64,000 nt of DNA from an uncultured virus (IMG/VR IMGVR_UViG_3300044694_000062) (IMGVR_UViG_3300044694_000062:1-64000); one strand, 5' to 3'; positions 37,240 through 48,015 are shown, counted from the first letter of the stretch. Translations and numbers: made by a program. The notes: generated by a model not told the origin, from the sequence alone.

Positions 37240-37952
37240 CCACCTGCACCATCCGCGCCAGCTACGCCCGCCTTGCCGCCACCTGCCGGGCCAGCAACGA
37301 CATCCGCTACTACCTGCGCGGCCTGCTGGTCGAACCTCGCAAGGAAGGCGGCGCGTACATCATCGGCAGCGACGGCCACACACTCATGGCGGTGATCGAC
37401 GAGAAGGCCAAGTGCGACGCGCCAGTGATCATCCAGCCGGACAAGAGGTTGACCGCCATGCTGCCGAAGATCGACAGCCGCGACGATACCGATGGCTCGA
37501 CGCTGGAGCTCACCACTTTCCAGGACAAGCCTGCGCTGCTGCTTACTCTGGCTGGTCTGAAAAGCACTCGGCACCTGCAGCTGAGCGACACCATCATCAC
37601 TGGCGGCAACTTCCCCGACTGGCGCAAGGTGACACCTGACTTCACTAAGCTGGCGCCGGGCCACAAGACCGCCGTGAACCCGCTATACGTCTCGCGCGTG
37701 TTGAGCGCATTCACGCGCAGGCTGGGCAGACCTCCGGAGATGCAGCCGTTCCAGATCCCAAGCGAAGACCCTCTGTCGCATAGCCCTGTCGTCTACCAGA
37801 TCGGTAGACACGCCTACGCGATGCTGATCGTGATGCCGATCAGATTCGAGTTCGATGGCACACACGACCAATGGAGTAAGCGCTGGGAGAAGGCGCGCCA
37901 GAAGCCTGCCGCCTCATCTGCTACTACCGAGGCAAAGGAGACCGCCGCATGA
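37236..37952 (+). CDS. DNA polymerase III beta-clamp-like protein (short)
   Basis: ASNDIRYYLRGLLVE, GSDGHTL, GNFPDWRKV and LIVMPIR echo DnaN domain 2-3 motifs. Confidence 0.7.
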   Translation: MTTCTIRASYARLAATCRASNDIRYYLRGLLVEPRKEGGAYIIGSDGHTLMAVIDEKAKCDAPVIIQPDKRLTAMLPKIDSRDDTDGSTLELTTFQDKPALLLTLAGLKSTRHLQLSDTIITGGNFPDWRKVTPDFTKLAPGHKTAVNPLYVSRVLSAFTRRLGRPPEMQPFQIPSEDPLSHSPVVYQIGRHAYAMLIVMPIRFEFDGTHDQWSKRWEKARQKPAASSATTEAKETAA

Positions 37953-38338
37953 ACTCCACCTACGACGCCACCAAGATGCTGCGCGACACCGCCGCGCGCG
38001 CGTTCATCTCCGGCAACCGCCGCCAAGCCTTCGATCTCTACCGCTGCGACCCGCAGGCCGGCCACGCGCTGGTCTTCGAGCAGTGGGAGGAGTCCTTCGC
38101 CCGCGACCTGGTGCAGAGCGACCCACGGCAGTTCTCGTGCGCGCTGCTGAAGCAGGGCTACGACAACGCCACGCTGCCCGAGACCCGCGAGACCTTCCAC
38201 AAGGCGCTCGACGCGCTCGACCGCATGGAAGACGGCAACGTCGCCAGCCTGGCGTATGCGCTGCGCCGCGCGCGGCCGCATACGCTGGCGCCCAGCCAGG
38301 TCGCGGAGATCGTTGGCAAGATCATGGGGGTGCGGTGA
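37949..38338 (+). CDS. Hypothetical protein
   Basis: AAGGAG RBS; ATGA overlap. Confidence 0.6.
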   Translation: MNSTYDATKMLRDTAARAFISGNRRQAFDLYRCDPQAGHALVFEQWEESFARDLVQSDPRQFSCALLKQGYDNATLPETRETFHKALDALDRMEDGNVASLAYALRRARPHTLAPSQVAEIVGKIMGVR

Positions 38339-38991
38339 TGCCCAGCGTGACGAAAGACGACGGTTTCACCGTCTATCGCGTGCGAGGCGGCCACAGCGAC
38401 TGGGAGTGGGCCACGATCGCGGTACGCGGCTGGACGACGCAGCCTGACCCGATGTGCGCTGGTGAGAGACGCGAGTGCGGCGAGATCCTGATCTACAGCA
38501 GCTTCGGCAGCTGGGCCCATCAATGGGGCCACCTCGGAACGCCGTTCCTGCGCTGGCTGCTCACGTGCGAGTTCGGCTACGTGTTCACGAAGTTCATGGG
38601 CGCCGACCTGCAGGAGTTCGACGGCGAGGGGTCGGTAAAAGGCTTGCGCAAGCGCGTCATCGATCGCCGCCGCACTGGTGGATGGAGCAAGGAAACGGCG
38701 CGCGCCATGTGGGACGCGATTGAAGACGTCGAGAGCCAGGCCGAATGCTCGGAGCGCGATTTCGTCGAGGCCTTCCAGCAGGTGCGCAGCGATTTCGAGG
38801 AGTACGGCCACCGGCGCATCGGTCTGCCGCGCGGCGTCGACTTCGACGACATCGACAGATTCCTGCAAGAGCCGTGGGAACACACCAGGACGCGCGACAA
38901 GCTAGCCCCGCGCGGCTTCTGGCGCGACCTCTGGCCTGTGTTCATCAACCATCTCAAGGCCGAGCTCGAACAGCGGGCCGCTGCAGTCTGA
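38338..38991 (+). CDS. Hypothetical phage protein
   Basis: TGATG coupling. Confidence 0.65.
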   Translation: MPSVTKDDGFTVYRVRGGHSDWEWATIAVRGWTTQPDPMCAGERRECGEILIYSSFGSWAHQWGHLGTPFLRWLLTCEFGYVFTKFMGADLQEFDGEGSVKGLRKRVIDRRRTGGWSKETARAMWDAIEDVESQAECSERDFVEAFQQVRSDFEEYGHRRIGLPRGVDFDDIDRFLQEPWEHTRTRDKLAPRGFWRDLWPVFINHLKAELEQRAAAV

Positions 38992-38993
38992 CC

Positions 38994-39194
38994 ATGCCCA
39001 AGAAGCAACCCACTACACCGATCACCGCGCAGGCCGCGGCAGACCTGCACGACATCACGGCGCGCCGCATCCAGGTGCTCGCGCAAGCCGGCCGCATCCC
39101 CGGCGCCAAGAAGCACGGCCGCGAGTGGATGATCCCGCCCGACTTCAAGGTGCTGCCGCCGCCGAAGCGGCCGAAGAAGATGGCGAAGCTGTAG
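38994..39194 (+). CDS. Xis/MerR-like HTH DNA-binding protein
   Basis: ITAQAAADLHDITARRIQVLAQAGRIPGAKKHGREWMIP. Confidence 0.75.
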   Translation: MPKKQPTTPITAQAAADLHDITARRIQVLAQAGRIPGAKKHGREWMIPPDFKVLPPPKRPKKMAKL

Positions 39195-39363
39195 GGCATG
39201 CAGGAGCGCCACCTGACCAGCCCCTGGCCGTTCCCGGTGAGCGTGCTCGCCGGCGGCCAGGTCGTGCGCAACATCCAGCCGCCCGACCCGCCGCCGCGCG
39301 AGCTCCCGCCCGTGCGGCCTTCCAACGAGTGGGAGCAGGTGGATTGGTGTCCACCTGCCAACG

Positions 39364-42237
39364 TCAGAACGGCACCGCCGCCGGCAGCCGCCCCACGATC
39401 GGCTCCAGCGGAATCGCGACGACCTTCGACGCGACACCGTTGAACTTCTCGGCCTTGTTGTCCCACTTCGAGGCGCCAGGCACGCGCATCAGCGAGCCAC
39501 GCAGGTCCGCCTCGAACCCCGTGCCACCCATCAGCCGCTTGAGCTCGATGCTGCTGTTCTGCAGCAGCAGGTAGTTCGCCTTGACCTTGAGGCCGTAGCG
39601 CTGCAGGAACCCGCTGGCGACATCGGCGCTCATGTCGACGGTGCCAGCCGGCTTGCCGATCGCCGCGCATAGCAGCTCGTAGACAGTCACCTCGATGCCG
39701 CGGTCGATGCGGATGTGGGCCTCCATCAGCGCGGACAGCGCCTTGTGCGCCTCGTTGCTGTCGGACTGGTCGCGGTGCTCCTCCCAGTCGTAGCGGTCGA
39801 TCATCTCCAGCGCCTGCTCGCGCGTGGCGACCTGCGCACTGATCAACGACCAGGCGCCGGCCAGCAGCGTGCCCAGCTGGTCGCCGTCGCGCTGGCGGCC
39901 GAAGCGATCGGCGGCCGCGTCGCTGAAGACGCGCACGTTCTGCAGGGTGATCGGCAGCAGGTTGAGCGATCGGCGCATGAGCCGCGCCGGCAAGGTCTCA
40001 TCCTCGTGCAGCTTGTCGAGGTGCGAGCGCAGCGTGCGCCACTCCTCGCCCGAGCTCGCCTTTTCGGCCTCGGTGGGCGAACGCAGCGCCAGCACCGTGA
40101 TGCGGTCGATGTCGGCCTTCTGCTTCAGCGCGACCTGGATCGAGGCCAGGCAGAACATGCTGCGCACGTGGAACGTCAGCGCCTCGCCGCCGGCGGTGCC
40201 CTTGTAGGTCTGCGCACCGCTCTCGGTGCTCGACTGGCGGATCAGCGCGAGGATGTTCTGCATGCGCAGCGCATCCTTCTCCTCGTTCGACTCGGCCTCG
40301 TCGATCAGCACGGGGCGAGCATCGCAGTGCAGCTTCTGGCGGATGCCTGGCTCGGTGGACTTCGAGCCGTCGACGAAGACATCGACGCCGCCCAGCAGCC
40401 AGTGCACGTACTGGTTCAGCGCGGTGGACTTGCCGCCGCCGGCCTCTGCCGTCAGCCAGACGTGGGGCCGCCATGGCATCGCGCCGCACACCGGCGCCAG
40501 CGCGACCCAGCCGGCCAGCAGCGCAGCAGAACCCGGCGTATGCCAGCGGAACTTCGTTGCGACATCGAGCAGGTATTCGCCCTCGTCGCTGGTGAGCTCC
40601 TTGTCGGCCGGCCCAGGCATCGGGCGCTTGAGCTCGTAGATGTGGCGTGACTTGATCGCCGTGATGTCGGTAGAGGTGCCGTCGACCGTCAGGTGGTCGC
40701 CGTGGTGATAGACGATGCGACCCTCGTCGTACCAGGCGCCGCGCCCGCGCACGCGGTCAGGATCGAAGATCCCGCGCTCCTGCGCCACCTGGATCAGGAA
40801 GTTCGCGGCGGCCATCGTGTCGAACTTGGCCTTGCCGCTGTCGCTGGGGAAGTTGTGCTCCCACCACTGCAGGGACGCGATCTGCAGCAGGCTGGCGCCG
40901 CCCATCGACGCCGAGGTGAGTTCCATCAGCTGGCGCTTCTTGTGCACGAACACGTAGACGGTGCCGTGGTCGTAGCCCATGATCGCGAACTCGCGGTTGT
41001 TCGCTGGGCCGGCCTCGATACCGTCCTCACCCTCGTCTTCTTCAGCGGCCTCGGGCTGCGACGGAGCCTCGGCTGCACCCTCCCATGGCGGCGTCTCGTC
41101 CGAGGCCGGCGCCGGCGCGGGAGCGGGCGGGTTCAGCGCGAGCTCGACCGCCGCGCGCACGGCGTCAGCCCCCTGCTCGCGCGCCAGGTCGTTGAAGTCG
41201 GTCGGCTCGCCGTCCAGGCTCTCGAACTGCGGCACGGCCAGCACGCCCTTGCAGGCCTCGGCCGCCGCGGTGGCAGCCTCGACGCCCGGGTTGAACGGCT
41301 TGCCGCCACGTGGCGCGTGGAACTGGTCGTTGTCGGCTGCGATGACGATGCGCACGCTGGGCAGCTTCGCGCGCAGCGCCTCGGCCACCGGCTGCAGGTT
41401 GCCGGCGTCGAACGCGACCATCACCGGGTAGCCTGTGGCCTCGTGCAGGCTTGCGCCCGTGGCGTAGCCCTCGCAGATGATCACCACGGTCACGTCGGGC
41501 TTGATGCGGCCGATCGTGCAGTAGCAGCCATGCTTGCGGCCGTCGCGCAGGTAGTCCTTGTCGCGGCGCTGGTCCTTCTCGCCGTCACGCGGCGCGCGGC
41601 CGATCGTGCGCGCGGGCAGGATCGCCTGCAGGCTCGCCAGCACGCCGGGGCCGGACCAGATCGGGATGATCAGCGCGTCCTTGTCGCGCCAGGTGTGCAC
41701 CTCGCCAGTCTCGGGGTCCACCCACTCGCGCACCCACTCGGCGGCGCGCCGGATGCCGTAAGCTCCGACGCGCTTGCGCTCCAGGTAGGGGTGCCCTGCG
41801 GGGTCGAGCGTCGCCGCGGCCCACAGTTCGGCGGCGCGCAGCGCGGCGGCAGCCTGCGCTGCAGCCTCGGCCGCCTGGAGCTCGGCGCGGCGCCGCGCGC
41901 GGGCCTCCTCGTGCGCGCGCTGCGCGCTCTCGTCGCGCTTGGCTTTGTGCTTGCGCGTCGGCCGCCAGCCGTTGCGCTTGGCGTCGTAGACCAGCGTGGC
42001 GATCGTCGCCGCGCGGCCGCCGCCGGTGCGGATGGCCGACTTCCAGGCCTGCAGCGCCTTCTTCTCGTTGTACTCGGGGTGGTTCGAGGACCAGGCATCC
42101 CACACAGGGAACGCATCGTCGCCGAATTCATCAAAGAGGATCCGAGCCAGCTTGATCCAGTCGGCGCGGCTGCATTGGCAGGGTATGGCGCTCAGCGCCT
42201 CGCGTGCGCCATCAAGCGAGAGCGAGTCCAACCCCAC
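39364..42237 (-). CDS. Replicative primase-helicase (PriCT-2 + Toprim + P-loop)
   Basis: WDAWS...ATLVYDAK, ICEGYATG, IAADND, DFNDL, AEAGGGKS and LIDEAE. Confidence 0.9.
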   Translation of the reverse strand: MGLDSLSLDGAREALSAIPCQCSRADWIKLARILFDEFGDDAFPVWDAWSSNHPEYNEKKALQAWKSAIRTGGGRAATIATLVYDAKRNGWRPTRKHKAKRDESAQRAHEEARARRRAELQAAEAAAQAAAALRAAELWAAATLDPAGHPYLERKRVGAYGIRRAAEWVREWVDPETGEVHTWRDKDALIIPIWSGPGVLASLQAILPARTIGRAPRDGEKDQRRDKDYLRDGRKHGCYCTIGRIKPDVTVVIICEGYATGASLHEATGYPVMVAFDAGNLQPVAEALRAKLPSVRIVIAADNDQFHAPRGGKPFNPGVEAATAAAEACKGVLAVPQFESLDGEPTDFNDLAREQGADAVRAAVELALNPPAPAPAPASDETPPWEGAAEAPSQPEAAEEDEGEDGIEAGPANNREFAIMGYDHGTVYVFVHKKRQLMELTSASMGGASLLQIASLQWWEHNFPSDSGKAKFDTMAAANFLIQVAQERGIFDPDRVRGRGAWYDEGRIVYHHGDHLTVDGTSTDITAIKSRHIYELKRPMPGPADKELTSDEGEYLLDVATKFRWHTPGSAALLAGWVALAPVCGAMPWRPHVWLTAEAGGGKSTALNQYVHWLLGGVDVFVDGSKSTEPGIRQKLHCDARPVLIDEAESNEEKDALRMQNILALIRQSSTESGAQTYKGTAGGEALTFHVRSMFCLASIQVALKQKADIDRITVLALRSPTEAEKASSGEEWRTLRSHLDKLHEDETLPARLMRRSLNLLPITLQNVRVFSDAAADRFGRQRDGDQLGTLLAGAWSLISAQVATREQALEMIDRYDWEEHRDQSDSNEAHKALSALMEAHIRIDRGIEVTVYELLCAAIGKPAGTVDMSADVASGFLQRYGLKVKANYLLLQNSSIELKRLMGGTGFEADLRGSLMRVPGASKWDNKAEKFNGVASKVVAIPLEPIVGRLPAAVPF

Positions 42238-42677
42238 CCCCAGCGCTAATTGCAGAAAAAGCGACTACTTTTCTGTATTTCTTGCTGGATTCGGCAGGGT
42301 GTAGCCTGAAATGGCCTGTGAAAGCAGGCACGAAGCCTGCTTCTGGAATGTGCTTCATTCTTCTTCTGCCCAAGAAGTCCCTGCCCGGACGCTAATCGGC
42401 GTCGGGGACGGCGCGCGGGCAGGCGCGCCTCGGGTGCTTGCGCACCCGCCCCTAGCCAAACCTGAAAGGAGATTGCCCGACGACAGCAACCACCTATGAC
42501 CTCAATCCGACCGGCGCCCGGTGTTGCGACCACCGAGGCGCCATCTTCGCTTTCGTCTTGCCTGACGATCGCTAGAACAACCGGCCAATCAGCCCCTTGT
42601 TCTAGGGATCAGGTGACGGAGTGTATCGCTGCGTTCATCATTTTTGTGCACTGCCTAGCAAGGTTTGCGGGTAGGGT

Positions 42678-43112
42678 TTACACGGCTAGTCTAGCGCCAG
42701 TTTCGGCAGCCCAGTCGTGAACGATTGCCTGCGCCACGGCGGGAGTGTGCGCAAACCCAGCGATGCCGCCCGCGGCGCGCAGCTGGTCGACGAAGTTGAT
42801 CTGGTCGGGCCGCTGATGACCGCCGCCGCTTTCCTTGGTCTCGATGCCGGTGAAGACCGCAACCCTGCGACCGACCATCTCCGGCGTGATCTCAACGGTG
42901 GTCCAGCCGATCAGGTCGCTCGCACCAACCAGCGGTTTACCGTCGGGCATGCCGAGGCCGATGGTGATCGGGCGGCCACCGTGCACCAGCACGTCGCCGT
43001 TCGCCAGGCGCTCAGCCTTGCCGACCCACGCCTGCCCTGTGTTCAGCCGGAACAGGCGCGTCCAACGCGCGACGGCGAGCCAGCAGGCCCGAAGGACGTT
43101 GCTCTCTTTCAC
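42678..43112 (-). CDS. VRR-NUC-like nuclease
   Basis: RLFRLNTG, GASDLIGW, FTGIETK and QINFVDQLRAAGGIAG. Confidence 0.85.
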   Translation of the reverse strand: MKESNVLRACWLAVARWTRLFRLNTGQAWVGKAERLANGDVLVHGGRPITIGLGMPDGKPLVGASDLIGWTTVEITPEMVGRRVAVFTGIETKESGGGHQRPDQINFVDQLRAAGGIAGFAHTPAVAQAIVHDWAAETGARLAV

Positions 43113-43465
43113 GCTGCCGCGACCGTGCCGGTGTGCGTGAAGCCGCGCGCGCAGAGCTCGCCGCGCTGCGGACCCTTGCACACGTCGCCGCATGCGCACT
43201 GGGTCTGCACGGGCAGCGCGGCCGCATCCTCGCGCCGCATCTCTTGCCAGCGCTGCAGCGTGTCGATCGCCTCCTGCACGTCCTTGTCCATGGTCTGGCC
43301 CAGCATGGCCTTCGCACCCCGCAAGCCTGGCAGCAGCAGCTTCTTGATCGCGTGCCCGAGCGCCTGGTCGGTGACGTTGAACAGCTGCAGCACGCGGTAG
43401 ACGTCGACCTCGTTGAGGTGGCTGACGTCGCGGAAGTAGTGGCTGTGCTTGCGGGGAGTGCTCAT
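43109..43465 (-). CDS. Conserved phage protein (DUF3310-like)
   Basis: HSHYFRDV...VDVYRVL...HAIKKLLLPGLRG. Confidence 0.7.
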   Translation of the reverse strand: MSTPRKHSHYFRDVSHLNEVDVYRVLQLFNVTDQALGHAIKKLLLPGLRGAKAMLGQTMDKDVQEAIDTLQRWQEMRREDAAALPVQTQCACGDVCKGPQRGELCARGFTHTGTVAAA

Positions 43466-43473
43466 GGTCCAGG

Positions 43474-43932
43474 TCAGAAGGGAATATCGTCGTCGAAGTC
43501 CTGCTGCTTGCGTTGAGCAGGAGCCGGCGCCGCGGCGCGTTGCTGCTGCGTCGGGGCTGGAGCATTCTGAGAGTCACGACCGCCACCGCCGGCATCATCC
43601 CTCCCGCTGAGCATGCGCATCGTGTCGGCGTTGATCTCGGTCGTGTAGCGGTCCTGGCCTTGTTGGTCCTGCCACTTGCGTGTCTTCAGCTTGCCCTGGA
43701 AAAAAGCCAGCGATCCCTTCTTGAGATACTGGCCGGAAATCTCAGCGAGCTTGCCGAACAGCACGATGCGGTGCCATTCGGTGGCCTCTTTCTTCTCGCC
43801 GGTGTTCTTGTCCTTCCAGCTCTCGGACGTGGCGACGTTCAGTGTGCAGATGGGATCACCGTTCGGCATGTTGCGCACCTCGGGGTCTTTGCCGAGCCGG
43901 CCGATGATCTGCACTTGGTTCAGGGATGACAT
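43474..43932 (-). CDS. ssb: Single-stranded DNA-binding protein
   Basis: [17 protein letters not shown]...TEWHRIV...FDDDIPF. Confidence 0.97.
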   Translation of the reverse strand: MSSLNQVQIIGRLGKDPEVRNMPNGDPICTLNVATSESWKDKNTGEKKEATEWHRIVLFGKLAEISGQYLKKGSLAFFQGKLKTRKWQDQQGQDRYTTEINADTMRMLSGRDDAGGGGRDSQNAPAPTQQQRAAAPAPAQRKQQDFDDDIPF

Positions 43933-43947
43933 AGTTGCCTTTCAGGG

Positions 43948-45459
43948 TTAGCGGTCCATGTAGACCTCGATGGGCGGCTCGGGCCGCCGGTACTTCTCGC
44001 GCAAGCGCTGCTTCTGCGCGAACATGATCTCTGCCCACTTCTCGCTGTAGCCGCGGTCTTTGGCGATGCGCTGCAGTTCCTCAAGCGTCTTCGCCTTCTG
44101 AACCTCTTTTTTGCGCTGAGCCGACATCTGCGCTTGCATCTCGGGTGTGATCTCGGCGAGCTCGCCGTCGACATGCTCGGGACCACCGCGTCCTTGGAAT
44201 ACGTAGCCGCACGCAGGACAGACCGGCGCAGGCTCGAAACAGATGAAGCACTTCGGGCATTGCCTGATCTGGATGGTTGGCTCGTCTTTCTTCTTGCCGC
44301 CTTTTTTCTTCTTCACGCCCTCCAGAGACCACTCGCGCACCTCGTCGGCGAAGCCGTGCTTGAACGTTAGGCCGGCATGGTCGAGCACAAAGCAGCGATC
44401 ACCCTTCGGGCCCGCAGCAATCGCCGCACGCCGCTGCTCCACGGTGTCGAGTGGCATGCCGTCGGCGTACACCGGGCGCAGCCCGCGGCCGATTACCTGG
44501 AGATACGAGGCCAGCGACATCGTGGGCCGCAGCATGATTACGGCGCCGATCGCCGGGCAGTCGACGCCCTCGACCAGCAGCATCGCGAACGTGACGACCT
44601 TGATCGCGCCATTGCTCAGCGCGCGCAGAGCTTTGTCGCGCTCGGATGGATCGTCGTCGCCGGACAGCGCCAACGCCGGTACGCCGGCTGCGTTGAACTC
44701 TGCTGCCACGTGCTGTGCGTGCGCGACGTTGACGCACCATGCGACCGCCGGCACGCCTGGACAGTGCTTCTGATAGGCAGCGATCGCCGATCCGACGATC
44801 TTGGGCTTGTCCATCACCTCTGCGAGCGACTTCGCCTCGTACTCGCCGGCCACTACCCTCACAGCGGATAGGTCGATCTGCTCGGCCGGTGCGTAGACTG
44901 CTGGCCGAACCAGGTAGGCCTGCTCGATCAGCTCCTTGATCGAGATGCCTTGCACGAGCTCGTCGTATAGGCCACCGGCGGCCTTGCCGAGGCCCTTGCC
45001 GTCGAGTCGGCACGGCGAGCCCGTGACGCCGAGGAGCTTGCACTTCGGATTGCGCTCCAGCACCGCGGCAACAATCTTGCGATAGGACGCCGCGGCCGAC
45101 AGGTGGGCCTCGTCGATGACGATCAGGTTGAAGTCCAGTAGCACCTTGTCGAGGCGCCGCACCAGCGTCTGCACCGACGCCACCTGCACCAGCTCGTGCC
45201 GCGTCGGCGTGAAGCCAGCCATGATGATGCCGTGCGACACGCCGTAATCCATCAGCTTGGCGCTGGCCTGTTTGATCAGGGTGTCTCGATGAGCAAGGAT
45301 CAGAATCCGGTTGCCCTTGGCGGCGGCGCGACGCGCGATGTCGCTGAAGATGACCGTTTTTCCAGCGCCGGTGCTCAGCACCAGCAGCACGGCCTGAACG
45401 ATCTTGAGGACGGCGCGGACATCATCTTCCGCGTCGGTTTGGTAGTACCTGAGCTGCAT
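43948..45459 (-). CDS. SF2 DEAH helicase with Zn finger
   Basis: QLRYYQ, STGAGKT, IDEAH, QVIGRGLR and CPKC...CPACG. Confidence 0.92.
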   Translation of the reverse strand: MQLRYYQTDAEDDVRAVLKIVQAVLLVLSTGAGKTVIFSDIARRAAAKGNRILILAHRDTLIKQASAKLMDYGVSHGIIMAGFTPTRHELVQVASVQTLVRRLDKVLLDFNLIVIDEAHLSAAASYRKIVAAVLERNPKCKLLGVTGSPCRLDGKGLGKAAGGLYDELVQGISIKELIEQAYLVRPAVYAPAEQIDLSAVRVVAGEYEAKSLAEVMDKPKIVGSAIAAYQKHCPGVPAVAWCVNVAHAQHVAAEFNAAGVPALALSGDDDPSERDKALRALSNGAIKVVTFAMLLVEGVDCPAIGAVIMLRPTMSLASYLQVIGRGLRPVYADGMPLDTVEQRRAAIAAGPKGDRCFVLDHAGLTFKHGFADEVREWSLEGVKKKKGGKKKDEPTIQIRQCPKCFICFEPAPVCPACGYVFQGRGGPEHVDGELAEITPEMQAQMSAQRKKEVQKAKTLEELQRIAKDRGYSEKWAEIMFAQKQRLREKYRRPEPPIEVYMDR

Positions 45460-46385
45460 CAGGCGACCCGGCTATACCGCTGGCCGCGTATGACCCTAGC
45501 GACGCGCTCGGCGCGATCACCAACGAGCTCGGCGATGCGCTCAACCCGCTTCCCGGCCGCGGCGAACATGCGGATGTTGCGCACCTGGTCGACCGTCAGC
45601 CTCTCGCTGTGACCGCAGATGACGCGGTTGACGTATTCCTGATCCGAAATCCACCTAGCCGCACACAGAGGATTTACGCGGCCATCGATTGTCTCGCGCG
45701 CGGCCAGCGCCTCCATTGCGATGTCACGCTCGCGGCTGGTCTTCGCCTGGACTCCAAGCGTGTGCAGGTACCGCAGCCCAGCGAATCCGCCAGGGATCAT
45801 GTTCAAACCGAGCGGGTATAAGCCGAACTCCTCTACCCACTCCTCCTCCAGCCCCATCGCTGAGTCATGATCGAGCAGCGTCGCGATCACGCGATGCACG
45901 ATTTTGGTGTTCGGCTTGTCCCGCAGAGCACGATGGAACAGGAATGGTGACCCCTGCTGCGCGCTCCGCTCGTGCTGCGCCAGCCGATCAAACCAGCGCT
46001 GTTTCGTGATGCCGAAATAGGTAAGCGGCACGTCGTCGGCGAACGTGTGCGCGTAGAACGAGTGCGTGCGCTCCAGCAACGGCGCACCCTTCAGCAACTC
46101 GTTGAGCGGAACGCTGATCACCCACTCGGGATGCACCAAGTTCAAGACCCCGCAGAGACCTGTTTCGTCCCCAGGTTCCGGCTCAGCGAGACGAAGGCCC
46201 CACCCGCCACCCATGGGTTCAGCCTCAAACCAGAACTTCAGCCTCGAATCCCAGCGCGGGATGCTGCGACCATTGAGGTACTGGCTCATCTGCCGATCCA
46301 TCTCGACCGCCAGAGCGAAAGGATCGATGGCCCACGCCGGGATCTGGTGGCGCACGTTGTGCGGGTTGATGTGCTTCAGCTTCAT
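45459..46385 (-). CDS. GIY-YIG-like putative homing endonuclease
   Basis: FYAHTF...YFGITKQRWFDRLAQH...FHRALR...GLNM, with a C-terminal HTH. Confidence 0.6.
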   Translation of the reverse strand: MKLKHINPHNVRHQIPAWAIDPFALAVEMDRQMSQYLNGRSIPRWDSRLKFWFEAEPMGGGWGLRLAEPEPGDETGLCGVLNLVHPEWVISVPLNELLKGAPLLERTHSFYAHTFADDVPLTYFGITKQRWFDRLAQHERSAQQGSPFLFHRALRDKPNTKIVHRVIATLLDHDSAMGLEEEWVEEFGLYPLGLNMIPGGFAGLRYLHTLGVQAKTSRERDIAMEALAARETIDGRVNPLCAARWISDQEYVNRVICGHSERLTVDQVRNIRMFAAAGKRVERIAELVGDRAERVARVIRGQRYSRVA

Positions 46386-46440
46386 GGTCTTTCCCAGGCG
46401 CGGCGCTAACGTCTGATGCCGCACCCAACAGTGTTTTCGC

Positions 46441-46671
46441 TTACTGCGCGCTGTTGCGCTGCAGCTGCTTCTTTCGCTTCTCCACGACCTTTTCGATCTT
46501 CTCGATCAGCGTGATCGTGTTCGGCTTCTTCTTCTTCCAGCGATCGGGTGTCGCACGGCTGACGCCTGCCTCGGTGCAGATGTCCGTCCAATTCAGGCCG
46601 CAGGCCACAGCTTCGGCTTCGATCGCCTTCAGGCGCTCGTCGAAGACCTTGCCAAACGGCGGTTGAGGCAT
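46441..46671 (-). CDS. Cro/XRE-like HTH regulator
   Basis: WTDICTEAGVSRATPDRWKK; first gene after the divergent control region. Confidence 0.7.
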   Translation of the reverse strand: MPQPPFGKVFDERLKAIEAEAVACGLNWTDICTEAGVSRATPDRWKKKKPNTITLIEKIEKVVEKRKKQLQRNSAQ

Positions 46672-46866
46672 TTCACGTCCTTGGTTGCTCAAATGTAGGT
46701 AGCGGAGAGTGTACCGGATTTGAACAACCACGCAAATGGAGCGCAGTGAAACGGCGTGACGTTCCGTGATGTGGGAAGCATTCGGAGGATGAATTAGGGC
46801 TGTAGTCTTGCGTGCTACTCTTTTTTGATCAACAATTCACGTCAGATCATTTTTGAGCGGCGCTAC

Positions 46867-47727
46867 ATGAGCAGCGAGTACATTGATTCAGCGACCGGCG
46901 AGGTGGTGCAGCTTGGCATCGTCGAGATGACCAACGACAAGTACCACGCAGCGCCTGGCGTATCGAAGTCGCACCTCGACTACGTGGCCGACAACGGCCT
47001 GCGCAAATACTGGCACCGCTACCTGGCCCCCGAGGGTCAGCGCATCATCGACAAAGAAACGCCGGCGAAGGTGCTCGGCAGCGCCATCCACTGCGCGGTG
47101 CTGCAGCCGGACTTGCTGCGCCAGATGTACGTGGCGAATCCAGGCATCGATCGCCGCAGCAACGCCGGCAAGGCCGAGTACGCCGCGTTCGAGGCCGAGA
47201 ACAAGGGCAAGACGATCCTCAGCGACGATGATTTCCAGACGGCCCTCGCCATCCGCGACGCGGTGCTGCGCGACGATGTGGCGCGCGGGCTGCTCGCTGG
47301 CTGCGACACCGAGCAACCGGTGTTCGCCATCGATCCAGAGACAGGCGAGCTCGTGAAGTGCCAGCTCGACGCAGTGAACTGGGGCAGCGCGCTGGTGGTC
47401 GACGTCAAGAGCACCGACGACGCCAGCGAGCGCGGGTTTGGCAAGTCGGCGCACAACTACCGCTACGACTGGCAATGCGGCTGGTACCACGACGTCCTCG
47501 TGACGGCGTTCGGCGAGCCGTTCAAAGCGTGGGTGTTCCTGGCCGTCGAGAAGACTTACCCCTACGAGATCGTCCCCTACATGGCGCAGCCGCACCAGAT
47601 CGAGCGCGGCCGCGTCCAGGCCCGCGAGCAGTTCATGCGCATCGCGCGCGCGCGCCAAACAGGGCACTGGCCCGGCCACGGCGGCAATGGCGTGATGATG
47701 CTCGAAATGCCGGAGTGGCGCCGGTGA
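46867..47727 (+). CDS. RecE/exonuclease VIII-like PD-(D/E)XK nuclease
   Basis: YHAAPGVSKSHLD, LGSAIH, VDVKST and VFLAVEKTYPY. Confidence 0.88.
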   Translation: MSSEYIDSATGEVVQLGIVEMTNDKYHAAPGVSKSHLDYVADNGLRKYWHRYLAPEGQRIIDKETPAKVLGSAIHCAVLQPDLLRQMYVANPGIDRRSNAGKAEYAAFEAENKGKTILSDDDFQTALAIRDAVLRDDVARGLLAGCDTEQPVFAIDPETGELVKCQLDAVNWGSALVVDVKSTDDASERGFGKSAHNYRYDWQCGWYHDVLVTAFGEPFKAWVFLAVEKTYPYEIVPYMAQPHQIERGRVQAREQFMRIARARQTGHWPGHGGNGVMMLEMPEWRR

Positions 47728-48015
47728 AACACATCCGCGTCACTGGTGGCCCACGCAGCGGGCGTTCGTTATTCGCTCGCGAGCTCATGTTTCTGTACGC
47801 GGCCGATGGCCTCGACGTGGCGCTTGTCGACCACGATGCGATGACCACGCGCAACGATGGGTGCCTGTCGCGCTGCGACCTACTCATCACCGTGCACGCA
47901 GGCCCGCAGGTCGCGCCCGAAGCGGAGTTCATGCAGTGAGCCGGCGCAACGTGATCGACACCCTGATCTTTCTCGCTGGGCTGTCGGCGATCCTTTCCTT
48001 TCTCTACCTCTGAAC

